From a virus: a DNA stretch of 64,000 nt. Of this stretch, positions 62,851 to 64,000 are shown in pieces; position 1 is the stretch's first letter; each line of letters starts with the position of its first letter. The notes under the pieces were generated by a model. It was not told the DNA's origin. It saw only the letters and a list, made by a program, of their open reading frames with translations, and searched no databases. The translations under genes and the position numbers were made by a program. Where the stretch lies: IMG/VR virus record IMGVR_UViG_3300027956_000006. One strand, given 5' to 3'.

Positions 62851-63242
62851 GGGGACGATCAGGTTTCGATTTAAATAAATAAGCATGGATCGCACATCGC
62901 AGACGCAATGTTGGCTGCGTTAACAAACATTGCAAATCTAAACGCAGACGAAAATACCCGTTTGTTAGCTGAAGCAAATGCTATTGTAGCACATGTATTT
63001 GCCGATGCACCAGTCGTAGCTACAATATAGTTACGCACCTACTTATTTTGTGTAAGTAATAAGTAAGGTACGATATTACACTAGTTTTAATATTGTCTTG
63101 ATATTAAAATGAAACTAAAAGACTATGTGTGTATGAACATGTCTGTTTGTATGTACACAATGAAGATAAAACAATAGACTATATGTGTAGCATATTTATG
63201 TTTAATTATTTAAAGACCGCGGTTCAATTCCGCGCGTCTCCA
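62851..63242 (+). ncRNA. ssrA: tmRNA (SsrA) with unusually long tag reading frame
   Basis: 5' GGGGACGATCAGGTTTCGA (cf. GGGGCUGAUUCUGGAUUCGA), 3' T arm CGCGG-TTCAATT-CCGCG + CGTCTCC-A pairing with 5' GGGGACG; internal frame GCA GAC GAA AAT ACC ... ATA TAG (ADENTRLLAEANAIVAHVFADAPVVATI*) resembling ANDENYALAA start. Confidence 0.65.
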
Positions 63243-63250
63243 CAATATAT

Positions 63251-63325
63251 GTCTGGGTCGCCTAATTGGTAATGGCAACTGGTCTACACCCAGTAATAAT
63301 GAGTGTTCAAGTCACTCCCTAGACA
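63251..63325 (+). tRNA. tRNA-Val (UAC)
   Basis: Acceptor GTCTGGG/CCTAGAC, anticodon stem ACTGG/CCAGT loop TCTACAC, T arm GAGTG-TTCAAGT-CACTC. Confidence 0.7.
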
Positions 63326-63331
63326 CTAATT

Positions 63332-63421
63332 GGACGGTTAGTTTAAATGACAAAACCCACGGCTTATACCCGTGAAGCTCCCGATTAGAGCGCATTGTAG
63401 GTTTGAATCCTACACCGTCTA
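63332..63421 (+). tRNA. class II (long variable arm, 90 nt) tRNA with anticodon UAU
   Basis: Acceptor GGACGGT/ACCGTCT, D stem GTTT/AAAC, anticodon stem CACGG/CCGTG loop CTTATAC, variable arm GCTC-CCGATTA-GAGC, T arm GTAGG-TTTGAAT-CCTAC. Confidence 0.55.
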
Positions 63422-63431
63422 CTAAATATAT

Positions 63432-63553
63432 GGGTATGGTCTGTTATAAAGCAAAGCACAGACTTGAGCAAAGATAAACGGGATAAGCTCCGTAGAGGTA
63501 TGCTGACAGAATAGAGGTTGCTCTCTAAATGAGTGAAATTCTCATCATACCCG
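63432..63553 (+). ncRNA. 122-nt tRNA-like element (7-bp acceptor-like closing stem, D-like and T-like arms, ~50-nt insertion where anticodon arm should be)
   Basis: GGGTATG...CATACCC closing stem; GTCTGT/ACAGAC hairpin; ATGAG-TGAAATT-CTCAT hairpin; GAGCAA...TTGCTC long-range pairing. Confidence 0.35.
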
Positions 63554-63563
63554 CTAATTCATT

Positions 63564-63637
63564 CTCCGTGTGGCTGAGAGGTTAAGAGCGCAGAGCTGAT
63601 AACTCTGAGGACGTGTGTTCAATTCACACCGCGGAGA
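63564..63637 (+). tRNA. tRNA-Ile (GAU)
   Basis: Acceptor CTCCGTG/CGCGGAG, anticodon stem CAGAG/CTCTG loop CTGATAA, T arm GTGTG-TTCAATT-CACAC. Confidence 0.7.
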
Positions 63638-63643
63638 CTATTT

Positions 63644-63718
63644 GCCCCTGTCGCCTAATTGAAAATGGCATTTCGCTACGAACGAAAAATAATGCGCGTT
63701 TGAATCGCGCTGGGGGCA
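63644..63718 (+). tRNA. tRNA-Arg (ACG)
   Basis: Acceptor GCCCCTG/TGGGGGC, anticodon stem TTTCG/CGAAA loop CTACGAA, T arm GCGCG-TTTGAAT-CGCGC. Confidence 0.75.
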
Positions 63719-63727
63719 CTAAATACT

Positions 63728-64000
63728 ATGAGTAGAAGTTATAAAAAATTCCCTATAATAAAAGATCATTCTAAAGGAATGAAAACAATTGCAAATCGTA
63801 GAGTACGTAAGCAACCTTTAGAAGCGTTGTCAAATGGCATGTTTTATAAGAAAATGTTTCAACAATATAATATTTGTGATTTTAAAATAAAAGAAACATT
63901 TAATGAATATTTACAAGCAATAAAAAAGCGTGAAGATATAGCCGAATTTACTGATGAAGAAATTATAAAGTATAGAAATGAATGGGAAAAAATGTATAAA
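63728..64000 (+). CDS. hypothetical protein, 3'-truncated by window end
   Basis: ATG at 63728 opens a frame (MSRSYKKFPIIKDHSKGMKTIANRRVRKQ...) running to the window edge. Confidence 0.35.
   Translation, partial: MSRSYKKFPIIKDHSKGMKTIANRRVRKQPLEALSNGMFYKKMFQQYNICDFKIKETFNEYLQAIKKREDIAEFTDEEIIKYRNEWEKMYK

Overview
AT-rich, densely packed window in which every convincing gene is on the + strand. This layout is typical of a large (jumbo-type) bacteriophage or a phage-like element, with many short hypothetical ORFs and a recurring host-type sigma70 promoter (TTGACA-N16/17-TATAAT). I call the following from motifs read directly in the sequence. (1) Replication and recombination: an intein-containing AEP primase / P-loop helicase, sliding clamp DnaN, a stand-alone RuvB, a RuvC-like resolvase, a SNF2 helicase, two DNA methyltransferases (one carrying an intein), a tyrosine integrase with an Xis-like HTH, and HNH and GIY-YIG homing endonucleases. 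(2) An unusually rich RNA-metabolism complement: RtcB RNA ligase, a class II CCA-adding enzyme, a Ro60-like TROVE+vWA protein, MazG and a HAD phosphatase. (3) From about 55.8 kb to 63.7 kb, a large non-coding RNA island holding roughly 25 tRNA genes, a compact RNase P RNA, a tmRNA with an unusually long tag frame, and several structured RNA-like elements I cannot classify. (4) Other notable genes: GroES, two ACP-like proteins, an SPFH/flotillin protein, two radical SAM proteins, a thioredoxin-like protein, a nucleotidyltransferase-fold protein and a SprT-like protease. All tRNA and ncRNA calls were folded by eye without covariance models and should be re-run with tRNAscan-SE/Infernal. Protein calls rest on recognisable motifs, not on database searches.
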